Shown here: positions 29,190-38,703 of the stretch, one piece after another | How positions within the stretch are numbered: the first letter of the stretch is position 1 | Layout of the letters: every line of letters starts with the position of its first letter | Assembly: GCA_964400145.1 (NCBI GenBank) | Contig: CAYNTF010000002.1 | Span: 743 to 64,742 of the forward strand | DNA length: 64,000 bases | DNA from: an uncultured Lachnospiraceae bacterium | GTDB taxonomy: Bacteria; Bacillota; Clostridia; Christensenellales; UBA1242 | Reading direction: 5' to 3' | Translations under genes and position numbers: made by a program | Notes under the pieces: model-generated | The model's input: only the letters and a program-made list of their open reading frames with translations | The model's database searches: none | Told to the model about the DNA's origin: nothing

Positions 29190-31880
29190 TCAACCGCCAA
29201 AAAGTTGCTTGACATAGTCTTGCGCAATAATTTGCACCGTCGTTCTTGATGTTGGACCGGTAATCAAAAACGCCTGTCCAACGCCGGCAGTCACAATGGA
29301 GTTTTGCTCTTCTTCATTGATACCACCCGACTTGGAATAGAGTTCAACCAAGTCATTGATATCACTTGGCGAAAGAGAGAAAATGAGAGAATATTGGCAA
29401 GCATTGATAACGGCAGTTGATTGACGCTTGATGTCGTCCGAACCAACGAAGTCGGAGATGTTCTGCGTGATGATAATCTGCATACCGCCATATTTTCTGA
29501 TACGCTTTGCCATTTGTGCCATGAAATCCAAAGCGATTGGATATTTTGGATTGATGAAGATGTGCGCTTCGTCAACCGCTACGATAATTTTTCTGTTTTT
29601 GCGATATTTCTTGTTGAAATCTTTGTTGTTGATGATTTCGTTGTTCAAATATCTGAACACCAAAAGCATTTGCGCGTTGGTGAGTTGAGCATTATTTCCC
29701 GCAACAAGCGATTGGAAGTTGAATGTAACAAAGTTTTCATTGGTTTCAATGGATGTTGGACCATTCCAAAGAGCACTGTTTCTGCCACCTTTGGCAAACT
29801 TTTTGATGTAAGTTTCCACAGTCATCAAGTTACGGAGAGAAAACTCATCCCTTGCCGTCTTAATTCTTCGCAAAATAAGGTCATAAAGCGAGTCAAAAGT
29901 TGGATAATCTTCTGGTTTTAAGCGGGAAAGATTGGTGCGATAGTCAATTCCTTTCTCTTTATACATATCGATAATCACCGAGTTGAGCACTTCAAACGCA
30001 TCCGAATTGATACCTTCCAAAATAACTCTGAAAAACTGTTCCAAGAACTGCAAGTGTTGTGAGAAAGAGTCATCTGGTGCAGTGACAACTTCTTTTTTCT
30101 TTTCAATAGGTCTGCCAAAACTGTCGTATTCTTCCTCTTCTTCCTCTTCGTCTTCCGACGCTTCCAATGAAGAAATGACATGGAAAGGATTGATAATTCC
30201 GTGAATGGACGAACCAACATCGATGAACTTACCGCCCAAATTTCTTGTCAAATCTTGATATTCATTTTCTGGGTCAAGAATGAAAATCTTACAGTTGTCG
30301 GCAGCAAAATTGGTCAAAAGCGTCTTTGTGGCATAACTCTTTCCCGAACCAGATTTTCCAATGACCATCATGTTTGAGTTTACTCTTTCGCGGTCGCGCT
30401 TAAAGAAATCGACAAAAACAGGATATTCATTATCGCCAACATAAATGCCGTTTGAATCTTGCAAAGAGTTTGAAATAAACGGAAAAGTTGCCGCCAAAGT
30501 GCTTGTTGGAATTCCTCTCAAACCGCTCTTGACAACATCACGACGCGAAACATTTGAAGAGATGAACCCATCAATTTGTCGCGAGAACAATTCGGAATAC
30601 TTGAACCCCTGCTGTTTGAGCATCGCTCTCACATCCTTTTTGACTGCATCTTCCGCAACGATAAAAGTGTTGACATTATAAAGTTGCTGGTTGTTGTTCT
30701 TCAAGTTTTGAAGCAAACTTCGCAGTGTTTCAACATGAGTTTGCAACTCAATCTGCGTGGAACTTCTGCCCGCTTTATAGAGTTTTGTTTCCATTTCCAT
30801 GATTGCTTTATCAATCTGACGCTCTGCATCCAATTTTGGAATTGGATTGAACTTCATGACCACTTTTGTTCTGTCAAGAAGGAAGAATTGCGCACCCCAA
30901 GCATTGCCGACTTGAATTGGATAATCCACCAAATTGAAGCAACGATAACAAGCGTCATCGACGAAATATCGAGCAATATTGAAACGAATCTTGTTTGGAG
31001 TTGCCCAATTCATATACTCAGAAATTGATGTCACTTCCAAATCACGCTCATCAAAGTCTTTGCCGAAATTAGATTTCAAAAAGACAACAAGGTCATTGCC
31101 TGTGACCAAATGTGATGAAATCGGGTTCAAAGAAGACGCCATGGCGGAAATCATACCAGAAGTGGTGTTATCCAAAATTTCACGGTCCTTGTCGTAAACA
31201 ACAAGATAGAAATGGTCTTTGAAAACCTTTGATTGTCTGTTCATGAACTCATAAAGCGAAACACGCTCTTCAAAGATTGGTGCACGCGCGTCAATTTCCT
31301 GCTGTGTTATCTGCCCGTCATACTGCATGTCATAAAGCACATCGTATTTTGAGTTTTCGTTGTGTATGTATCTGTCCAAAATCATAGGCTTTGACATCTT
31401 GACAATAGAGCAAGTTTGGTCGCCGTTCAATCTGCGAAGAGCATTGGCGAAACTTTCAATAACATTGTCTTGATAATATTCAGTGAGCAAAGTGAAGAAC
31501 ATCGGTTCAACTTCAATCACCTGCGCATAATAGAGTCCAAAGTTGATAAAACGGTCTTGATACAATCCTTCATAGGCAATCATTTCTTTTATGTCGCCCT
31601 TTTTCTTTTCTCCGCCTTTGGAAAACTTTTTCTTTTGAGCGGAATATCTCAACAAAAAGATAAGCGTGTTATAGAACCGAGTTTCGTCGGTGAATTTGAA
31701 GAACATGGAAACAGCAATAATGCACCAAGCGATAGCAATCCAAATGTGAAACTCAAAGTTGGCAAGAAAAAGGATGATTGCAATGGCAACAAAAATCAAT
31801 GCCAAAACGACATCAAGCCCTGTGACACCTTTAACAAATTCTGATTTAACCTTTGTTCTTCTTGGAATAATTCTGACCAT
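29190..31880 (-). CDS. VirB4/TraE/ConE-family type IV secretion ATPase with a fused N-terminal VirB3/PrgI-like membrane hairpin
   Basis: 896 aa. N-terminus RRTKVKSEFVKGVTGLDVVLALIFVAIAIILF...IWIAIAWCIIAVSMFF (two TM helices). VirB4 N-domain YYAQVIEVEPMFFTLLTE. Walker A MMVIGKSGSGKSY (~30331-30372) followed by FILDPENEYQDLTRNLGGKFIDVG...INPF. Walker B KIIVAVDEAHIF (~29551-29590). RIRKYGGMQIIITQNISDF. GGAGAAG SD before the ATG at 31880. Confidence 0.85.
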   Translation of the reverse strand: MVRIIPRRTKVKSEFVKGVTGLDVVLALIFVAIAIILFLANFEFHIWIAIAWCIIAVSMFFKFTDETRFYNTLIFLLRYSAQKKKFSKGGEKKKGDIKEMIAYEGLYQDRFINFGLYYAQVIEVEPMFFTLLTEYYQDNVIESFANALRRLNGDQTCSIVKMSKPMILDRYIHNENSKYDVLYDMQYDGQITQQEIDARAPIFEERVSLYEFMNRQSKVFKDHFYLVVYDKDREILDNTTSGMISAMASSLNPISSHLVTGNDLVVFLKSNFGKDFDERDLEVTSISEYMNWATPNKIRFNIARYFVDDACYRCFNLVDYPIQVGNAWGAQFFLLDRTKVVMKFNPIPKLDAERQIDKAIMEMETKLYKAGRSSTQIELQTHVETLRSLLQNLKNNNQQLYNVNTFIVAEDAVKKDVRAMLKQQGFKYSELFSRQIDGFISSNVSRRDVVKSGLRGIPTSTLAATFPFISNSLQDSNGIYVGDNEYPVFVDFFKRDRERVNSNMMVIGKSGSGKSYATKTLLTNFAADNCKIFILDPENEYQDLTRNLGGKFIDVGSSIHGIINPFHVISSLEASEDEEEEEEEYDSFGRPIEKKKEVVTAPDDSFSQHLQFLEQFFRVILEGINSDAFEVLNSVIIDMYKEKGIDYRTNLSRLKPEDYPTFDSLYDLILRRIKTARDEFSLRNLMTVETYIKKFAKGGRNSALWNGPTSIETNENFVTFNFQSLVAGNNAQLTNAQMLLVFRYLNNEIINNKDFNKKYRKNRKIIVAVDEAHIFINPKYPIALDFMAQMAKRIRKYGGMQIIITQNISDFVGSDDIKRQSTAVINACQYSLIFSLSPSDINDLVELYSKSGGINEEEQNSIVTAGVGQAFLITGPTSRTTVQIIAQDYVKQLFGG

Positions 31881-32137
31881 ATCTTCTCCGTTGACTGATT
31901 TTCTATACTCAAAATTATTCTACTACAAATCATTTCAAAAATACAAATAAATTGACGAAAAAACAGAATATAATTAAAAAATAATAAATAGAAAATAAAA
32001 AACAATATAAATCGCAAATAAAAAATTAAATTAACCAAAAAAAATATCAAAATCATTTTCACAAAATTTATTCTTCTCTTATCTTTTTGTGGAAAAATAA
32101 TTAGCATAAAAATAAGAAAAAAATGGAATTTTTTAAT

Positions 32138-32174
32138 AAAAAATACAAAAAAATCACTTTTTTTGTATTTTTTT
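32138..32174. terminator. 16-17 bp almost pure A/T inverted repeat (bidirectional terminator-like) separating the PRC-barrel gene from the ATPase gene
   Basis: AAAAAATACAAAAAAA-tcac-TTTTTTTGTATTTTTT(T), perfect arms, single G:C pair. It lies inside a 369-nt very AT-rich spacer (31881-32249). Confidence 0.5.
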
Positions 32175-32249
32175 GATATTTTTTTATTAATTTTTGATAT
32201 TTTTCTTTATTTTTCTAATTTTATTTTTTAACATTTTTCTAAGTCAAAA

Positions 32250-32912
32250 CTATCTTTTAATGGCGAAAAAAAGTTGATTAAGTTTGTTGTGAATCTTCGC
32301 TTTTTCCACCGTCACTTTGGTGATAATTTCTCCTTTGCGAACAATCTTTTCATTGTTATACCCCATGATGTCTTCATTCGAGATTTTTCCAAGATAGGAA
32401 CTTGGAGACAAAAGAATTCGCTCTGGCACAATCGGCGGTTCGACACTTTGAACTTTAACTTTCACTTCCAAATCTGTGCGCGGAAAAGATTGAGTAGACT
32501 TCATTTTCTTTCGCTTGAAATTGACAAGGACAAAATCATCACCCACTTTTTTGACATACTTTGTCAAAATTTCACACTTTTCTGTGATAAGTTTTTCGCA
32601 CTTTCTTTTCTTAAATGACAAACCTTGCACAAATCCATAACTTAAACAGTTGTCATCCAAAATCTCTTTTCCAAAAACCGATTTTCTTTCTGTCGCAAAC
32701 TCCAAGACGGAAACATCTTCAATCAAAAGAAAATCCGAAGATTGAGAAGTGATATCTTCACACCTAAGCAAAAATTCGCTTTCTGTTTCTTCGTCGACCA
32801 CAAAATAGCCTTGTTTTTGCATATCATCAAAATTGACTGCAACATCCAAAACATAGCCCACCTTTTTACCCTTTTGCGTCAACACAATTTTTGAAATATT
32901 CTCCACTTGCAC
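32250..32912 (-). CDS. tandem PRC-barrel domain protein
   Basis: 220 aa. IVLTQKGKKVGYVLDVAVNFDDMQKQGYFVVDEE...FLLIEDVSV, and a second similar unit GKEILDDNCLSYGFVQGLSFKK...GDDFVLVN, both fit the PRC-barrel pattern (G..lG.v.D..fd). The start is a GTG. The AAGGTGG SD lies only 2 nt before it, so the next in-frame GTG (32906) may be the real start. Confidence 0.6.
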   Translation of the reverse strand: MQVENISKIVLTQKGKKVGYVLDVAVNFDDMQKQGYFVVDEETESEFLLRCEDITSQSSDFLLIEDVSVLEFATERKSVFGKEILDDNCLSYGFVQGLSFKKRKCEKLITEKCEILTKYVKKVGDDFVLVNFKRKKMKSTQSFPRTDLEVKVKVQSVEPPIVPERILLSPSSYLGKISNEDIMGYNNEKIVRKGEIITKVTVEKAKIHNKLNQLFFAIKR

Positions 32913-33207
32913 ACCACCTTAGTTTTGTTATATGTCGCAACCCCGCAAAATATATTAAGAAACATAAAAAAGACGAATTAAGGCATTTTTTGACAAATTT
33001 TTCGCTAAATTTTGACAAAATTATCATTTTTTTACTTGATAAACCGCACAAACTGTGATAAAATTATTGTGTCAGAGCCTCTTTGTTACAACAAAATAAA
33101 TAACAAAAAATAAAAATCGTGTTAAGAATTGAGTTTTAAATTAATTTGCAAACAACTTACATAAAACTCGTATAATAAGGTTAATTAAAAATGAAAAGGA
33201 GAATAAG

Positions 33208-33420
33208 ATGAAAAAGAACACGCCAAAAGAAATATCAAAAGACATGACCATTGCTGAAGTGTTGAAAACTTATCCAAATTTGGAAGAAGTTTTTCTGGGT
33301 TTTGGAATGTATTGCGTCACCTGTCCCGTCAGCCAGATGGAAACCATTGAAGAGGCGTCGCAAGTTCACGGCATTGACCTTGATTTCTTGATGCAAAAAC
33401 TGAATGAACATAAAAAATAG
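33208..33420 (+). CDS. DUF1858-type small protein (hybrid-cluster-protein-associated redox disulfide domain)
   Basis: 70 aa. MTIAEVLKTYPNLEEVFLGFGMYCVTCPVSQMETIEEASQVHGID matches the recalled I.evl...P....vf...Gm.C..Cp.a..etleeAa..hgid pattern with a CxxC pair. AAAGGAGA SD. Confidence 0.75.
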   Translation: MKKNTPKEISKDMTIAEVLKTYPNLEEVFLGFGMYCVTCPVSQMETIEEASQVHGIDLDFLMQKLNEHKK

Positions 33421-33440
33421 AAAAATTTTTCTATTTTTTT
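33416..33440 (+). terminator. A/T-rich palindromic terminator overlapping the DUF1858 stop codon
   Basis: AATAGAAAAA/TTTTTCTATT, a 10-bp perfect palindrome (33416-33435), followed by T5. The stem is weak (mostly A:T). Confidence 0.45.
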
Positions 33441-33592
33441 GTTAAAAAAATTACAATTTTATACATGAATCAAGTTGCAAATTATTTATAAAATTTCACA
33501 CATAATTCTTTCTTGCCTACATCCATTTTGTCACTATCAATTCCCTTCGTCGAAACATGTCGCTACAAAAGATAACAAAAAAATTCACACAT

Positions 33593-33625
33593 GAAAAAAT
33601 GCGCAGATGTTCATTCAAGCGCATT
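33593..33625 (-). terminator. rho-independent terminator overlapping the hflX stop codon
   Basis: Minus strand reads AATGCGC-ttgaatgaacatct-GCGCATT followed by TTTTTT. The 5' arm includes the last hflX codons (..N A L E stop). Confidence 0.7.
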
Positions 33626-34690
33626 TTTTATTATTTCTTTCAATTTATCAACATTTTTCTTCGATTTTGCCGAAAAAAGTATCTGATTTTTCTCGATTTC
33701 AATCGGTTTTTTCAGTAAATCACATTTATTCAAAATGACAACTCGATTTTTCGTCGCCTGAATTCCGTCCAAAATGTCGTTTGTGATTTTGATGTTTTTC
33801 TTATAAAATTCATCCGAAACATCCACCACATGCAAAACAAGGTCAGCGTTTTGCACTTCTTCCAAAGTGGCGGAAAAACTTTCAACAAGTTCATGCGGAA
33901 GTTTACTGATAAATCCAACCGTATCAATCAAAAGGCAGAACTTGTCATCGCCCAAAAACATTCTTCGACTTGTCGTGTCCAAAGTGGCGAAAAGTTTGTC
34001 GTCGGCATAAATGTTTTCTTTGGTCAAAAGGTTGAATATTGAACTTTTGCCGGCATTGGTATATCCGCCCAACACCACAGTTTTTATTCCGTTTTTCTCC
34101 CGCAAAAGTCTGTTTTGCCGGCGCGTGTTTTTGATTTTCTCGATTTCCTGTGAAAGCGTCAAAATTTCTTTTTCAAGTTTACGACGGTCAAGTTCCAACT
34201 TGGTTTCACCCGGACCTCTCATGCCAACCCCCGCTCCGCCAAAGCGCCCAGCCGAGCCTTGCATCGACGAAAGCCTTGTCAAAAGATATCGATTTTGTGC
34301 AAGTTTAACTTCAACTTTTCCTTCACTCGATTTTGCGTTGAGTGCAAAGATGTCAATAATAAGCAATATCCTATCCAAAACCTTAACCCCAAGTTCATCA
34401 GAGAGATTTCTCATTTGTGAACCCGTGAGTTGAAAATCGACAACAAGCACATCGCATGGATTGTCTTGCAAGAAATTTTTAATCTCTTCCAACTTACCTT
34501 TCCCCATGATAGTGCGTCTGTTGAACGCTTCAATATTTTGAGAAAAAATCTTAACAACTTCCAACCCCGCCGAAAAACACAGCCTGCTTATTTCCACAAA
34601 CTGATATTCCTTTTCACTGTCCTTTTCAATCGGGCAAAAAACGACCGCCTTTTCCTTAATGTTCTCTTCCACTTGATAACTATGTTTCAT
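33611..34690 (-). CDS. hflX: GTPase HflX (short form, 359 aa)
   Basis: HflX N-domain (LTGSQMRNLSDELGVKVLDRILLIIDIF, GPGETKLELDRR), G1 GGYTNAGKSSIFN, G3 LIDTVGFISKLPHELVESFSATLEEV, G4 NKCD. Confidence 0.92.
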   Translation of the reverse strand: MKHSYQVEENIKEKAVVFCPIEKDSEKEYQFVEISRLCFSAGLEVVKIFSQNIEAFNRRTIMGKGKLEEIKNFLQDNPCDVLVVDFQLTGSQMRNLSDELGVKVLDRILLIIDIFALNAKSSEGKVEVKLAQNRYLLTRLSSMQGSAGRFGGAGVGMRGPGETKLELDRRKLEKEILTLSQEIEKIKNTRRQNRLLREKNGIKTVVLGGYTNAGKSSIFNLLTKENIYADDKLFATLDTTSRRMFLGDDKFCLLIDTVGFISKLPHELVESFSATLEEVQNADLVLHVVDVSDEFYKKNIKITNDILDGIQATKNRVVILNKCDLLKKPIEIEKNQILFSAKSKKNVDKLKEIIKNALE

Positions 34691-34696
34691 ACCAAC

Positions 34697-34725
34697 ATTT
34701 TATCATAAATTTCACCAACAACCAA
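34697..34725 (-). promoter_or_regulatory. extended -10 promoter abutting the hflX start (candidate leaderless transcript)
   Basis: Minus strand reads TTGGTT (34720-34725), 17-nt spacer ending in TGA, TAAAAT (34697-34702), then 6 nt and ATG at 34690. No SD. Confidence 0.5.
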
Positions 34726-34828
34726 GGAAATTACTCTCCAAAACAAAAAAATATCTTTGTTTAAAATGAGAAAAAAATCTCAAAAGTCCCAAACGAAAAA
34801 AAGTCCCAAAATCTGGACTTTTTAATTT

Positions 34829-34941
34829 TCTTAATTTTATCCTTCTTCTTAATTTTTTAATTTATTTTCTTCTTAATTTTCTTTTTTATTTTTCAATTTT
34901 TCTTAATTTATTCCATCTTAATTTTGTTTTTTTCTTAATTT
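34829..34941. repeat. array of six same-orientation TCTTAATTT motifs in an intergenic spacer
   Basis: Copies start at 34829, 34847, 34871, 34901, 34916 and 34933 (spacings 18, 24, 30, 15, 17 nt). Additional bare TTAATTT copies lie between them. The array sits between the lipoprotein stop (34957) and a weak hairpin at 34801-34820. Confidence 0.8.
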
Positions 34942-34956
34942 TTTATTTTTTCTATC

Positions 34957-35619
34957 CTAATTTGTCTTTGCCAGAACCGAACCGTCAGTTGTGGAAATAA
35001 TCACTGAACTGCTTTGACCATTGATGTCCACAACTGTGAAACACCAAAACACTTCTTCAAAGTCGTTGGCTTGCTTGTCAAGCACGCGAAGATAGCATTC
35101 TGAATTTAAAGTCACCCCAGATTTCATTGCAGTGATTTGCTCAACAAGTTCGGCTGTGGCAATTTCAATCGCCTGTTCGTCGCTGACTGAAAAATTTTCT
35201 GAAAGATTAGTCAATGTCACGCTCTCGTCATTATAAGTTATGACAATTTCTTCATCACCAGAAAGTTCGCGTTCCAAATCGACCATATATGCAGTGCTCA
35301 ATCCGTTAATTTCCAATTCTTCCAAACTTTCTTCTCCGTCAATGGAAACTGTCGCCTTAATCACTTGCCCTTCATTTTCATTCAGCACCACCGAAACAAG
35401 AGCAAACCCAACATTTTCTTCACTTTTGCCGTTAACGAGATAAGTGCTTTCGCGTTCGCCAGACGAGAGCGTCACATAGAAATTTTCTCCTGCGCCGTAA
35501 TAATACACCTTTGTCCATTCACTCATGTTTTCCCTGACATAATCGACAGTTGACGCACATCCAAACAAAGCAATCCCCGCAAGTGCAATCATCGCCCCAA
35601 GAATGATTTTTTTCTTCAT
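34957..35619 (-). CDS. lipoprotein of unknown function (possible PepSY-like C-terminal domain)
   Basis: 220 aa. Signal peptide with lipobox MKKKIILGAMIALAGIALFG-C. C-terminal SDEQAIEIATAEL...FWCFTVVDINGQSSSVIISTTDGSVLAKTN resembles PepSY-type ends (weak). GAGGTGA SD. Confidence 0.6.
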   Translation of the reverse strand: MKKKIILGAMIALAGIALFGCASTVDYVRENMSEWTKVYYYGAGENFYVTLSSGERESTYLVNGKSEENVGFALVSVVLNENEGQVIKATVSIDGEESLEELEINGLSTAYMVDLERELSGDEEIVITYNDESVTLTNLSENFSVSDEQAIEIATAELVEQITAMKSGVTLNSECYLRVLDKQANDFEEVFWCFTVVDINGQSSSVIISTTDGSVLAKTN

Positions 35620-35779
35620 TTTTTCACCTCACAAAAAAAGTTTTCTCCATATAATATGTTTGAAAATTTTGCAAAATGTGTTAAAATGAATATGTTTATG
35701 TCAGAATTTATCAATTTTAAAAATTTTAGCAAAAAAAACTTTCAAATTTATGAATTAAGTTGATAATTTGGCAAATTAA

Positions 35780-36715
<936 letters not shown>

Positions 36716-36742
36716 ACACAACAAAAAGCCACAGGAGAAAAA

Positions 36743-37459
36743 ATGGAAAAAGAAAATTTTGATGTCAAGCACGACGGTCACCGCATAAGATTGTCCGAAC
36801 TCGTGTCAAAAGTTGGACCCATGAATGTCAGCGACATTCAATCAATAGAAGATTTTTTGTTTTATATCATTCCCCGTAAAGATGTCAACCCGCTTGCACA
36901 CAGACTTTTGGATAAGTATGGCAATTTTGCAAATATACTTGACGCGGATGTCAACGAACTTTCAGAAATCAAAGGTTTGGGCAGACACTCCGCAACCAAA
37001 ATCAAAAACTTTAAGAACTACATTGAACTTTATTTTTGCCAAAAAGCATCAAATCACATCAGTTTTGATAACAGCAAGGAATTTTTAGATTTTCTTGAAA
37101 CAATACTTTCAAACAAAACGACAGAAAATTTGTTTATATTTTGCATCAACAATAATTGGCAACTGACGAAGGTTCGCAAGTATGAAATGGATTTCGTTCG
37201 CTCAGTCGGAATTCCTGTATACGAACTTTTGAACATCATCAATGCGTATAATCCTGCATACATCGCCCTTGCACACAATCATCCTGGCGGTTCTGCACGG
37301 CCGTCGCAAACTGACATTGACGCAGTTGAATATATCAGCAAAATATTGAACGGCTTTGAATGCGAACTTGTGGACAACTTCATTCTTGGAATTGACGGAA
37401 TATACAGCGAAATGCAAGGCGGTTTCGTGAGAAAATACGACGCCCAAACAATAATATAA
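36743..37459 (+). CDS. radC: RadC-like JAB-domain protein (UPF0758)
   Basis: 238 aa. N-terminal GHRIRLSELV, helix-hairpin-helix LSEIKGLGRHSATKI, JAB/MPN+ motif IALAHNHPGGSARPSQTDIDAV. Confidence 0.9.
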   Translation: MEKENFDVKHDGHRIRLSELVSKVGPMNVSDIQSIEDFLFYIIPRKDVNPLAHRLLDKYGNFANILDADVNELSEIKGLGRHSATKIKNFKNYIELYFCQKASNHISFDNSKEFLDFLETILSNKTTENLFIFCINNNWQLTKVRKYEMDFVRSVGIPVYELLNIINAYNPAYIALAHNHPGGSARPSQTDIDAVEYISKILNGFECELVDNFILGIDGIYSEMQGGFVRKYDAQTII

Positions 37460-37561
37460 ATCAAAAAAGTAAAATGATTAAAATCAAATAAAAAAATAAA
37501 AATTAAAACAAAACTTAACAAGCAACCCTAAATTAACTAAAAATTGGAATTAATCGCAACA

Positions 37562-37589
37562 AAAAACCAGACTTAAACATCTGGTTTTT
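37562..37589. terminator. bidirectional terminator between convergent radC and the MBL hydrolase gene
   Basis: AAAAACCAGA-cttaaaca-TCTGGTTTTT, 10 bp. The core GC stem is only CCAG/CTGG, so it is moderate. Confidence 0.5.
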
Positions 37590-37593
37590 ATAT

Positions 37594-38376
37594 TCACTTT
37601 AACTTAAACAGCGTCGTCGGTCTTGTCAGCGCAACATCAATGTTGAAAGTTTCCCCTTCAATCAAACCATGTTCCAACAAAATTTTTGTTATGTAGTTGA
37701 AAGCAAACTCAGGCGAATTGTTTTCTGTGCTTAAATGCGAAAGCACAATTTGTCGCGTGCCAGAATTTACCAATTTTTCAATAAACATTGCCGAAGCATC
37801 GTTGGACAAATGCCCATTGTTCCCCGCAATACGCATTTTTGTGGCAAGCGGATATCTCTCGTTATTTTTCAACATACTCAAATCATGATTGGCTTCGATA
37901 TAAACAAGTTGACTGCCCTTCACAGCATTAAAAATTCGTTCGTCCGTATGCCCCAAATCTGTCAAAATGCTCACTCTTCTTCCATCTTCATCAAGAGAAA
38001 AACCGAAACACTTGACATCATGCGGAACTTCCACAGGATTGACCAACAAATCTTTAATCTCAAAAGCGCCTTCAAAAATATTTTTATTTTTATCTGGAAT
38101 GCGCTTCAATTTGTCATACATCGTGCGCCAAACTTCGTCGTGAGCATACACAGGCAAATCATATTTCCGCGCAAAGACATCCACCCCTTTGATGTGGTCC
38201 GAATGTTCATGCGTGATGACAATGCCATCAATATCCTTTCCACTTATATTGAGCAATGAAAGACGCTTATCGGTTTCCTTGCACGAAAGACCATCATCAA
38301 TCAAAATTCGTGCGTTTTCCGTTTCCACATAAGTCAAATTTCCATCACTTCCAGACGACAAGTTGATAACTTTCAT
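37594..38376 (-). CDS. MBL-fold metallo-hydrolase (YycJ/WalJ-like)
   Basis: SGSDGNLTYVE, VITHEHSDHIKG (HxHxDH), ILTDLGH, HLS. I prefer the start at the second ATG (MKVINL, 38376) because the -10 box directly abuts the ORF-track ATG at 38385. Confidence 0.88.
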   Translation of the reverse strand: MKVINLSSGSDGNLTYVETENARILIDDGLSCKETDKRLSLLNISGKDIDGIVITHEHSDHIKGVDVFARKYDLPVYAHDEVWRTMYDKLKRIPDKNKNIFEGAFEIKDLLVNPVEVPHDVKCFGFSLDEDGRRVSILTDLGHTDERIFNAVKGSQLVYIEANHDLSMLKNNERYPLATKMRIAGNNGHLSNDASAMFIEKLVNSGTRQIVLSHLSTENNSPEFAFNYITKILLEHGLIEGETFNIDVALTRPTTLFKLK

Positions 38377-38385
38377 AATGTGCAT

Positions 38386-38415
38386 ATTTTATCACATGCG
38401 CACACATTTTGTCAA
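38386..38415 (-). promoter_or_regulatory. promoter abutting the MBL hydrolase start (near-leaderless)
   Basis: Minus strand reads TTGACA (38410-38415), 18-nt spacer ending in TGA, TAAAAT (38386-38391), then 9 nt and ATG at 38376. No SD. Confidence 0.5.
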
Positions 38416-38703
38416 CAAACAAAGTCACAGATAAAATTCGTTTTTATAAAACAAAATTAATTAAAAAAACTAAAAAATGTTTATTTTTTATTAAAAAATC
38501 GCAAAAAAATATGTTTTTTTAAATAAATTTGCTATAAAATCATTAAAAATATTTTATTTATTAAAAAAACTATTAAAAATATCTTCCTGAAAAAACTATT
38601 AAAATATCTGCTTATATAAAAACAATATTTGTTACTAAATTTTCAAAAAAATATTAAAAATATCGTTTTTTTTATTAAAAAACTCAAAATAAATTGAAAA
38701 ATC

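Noticed and set aside
18723-31880. Whether the VirB4 gene plus GP1 should be annotated as an integrative conjugative element or other mobile element.
   Set aside because: There is no integrase, relaxase, coupling protein, VirB6-like protein or cell-wall hydrolase, and no flanking direct repeats. The nearest tRNA genes are 25 kb away across core genes. One T4SS gene is not enough to call a mobile element.
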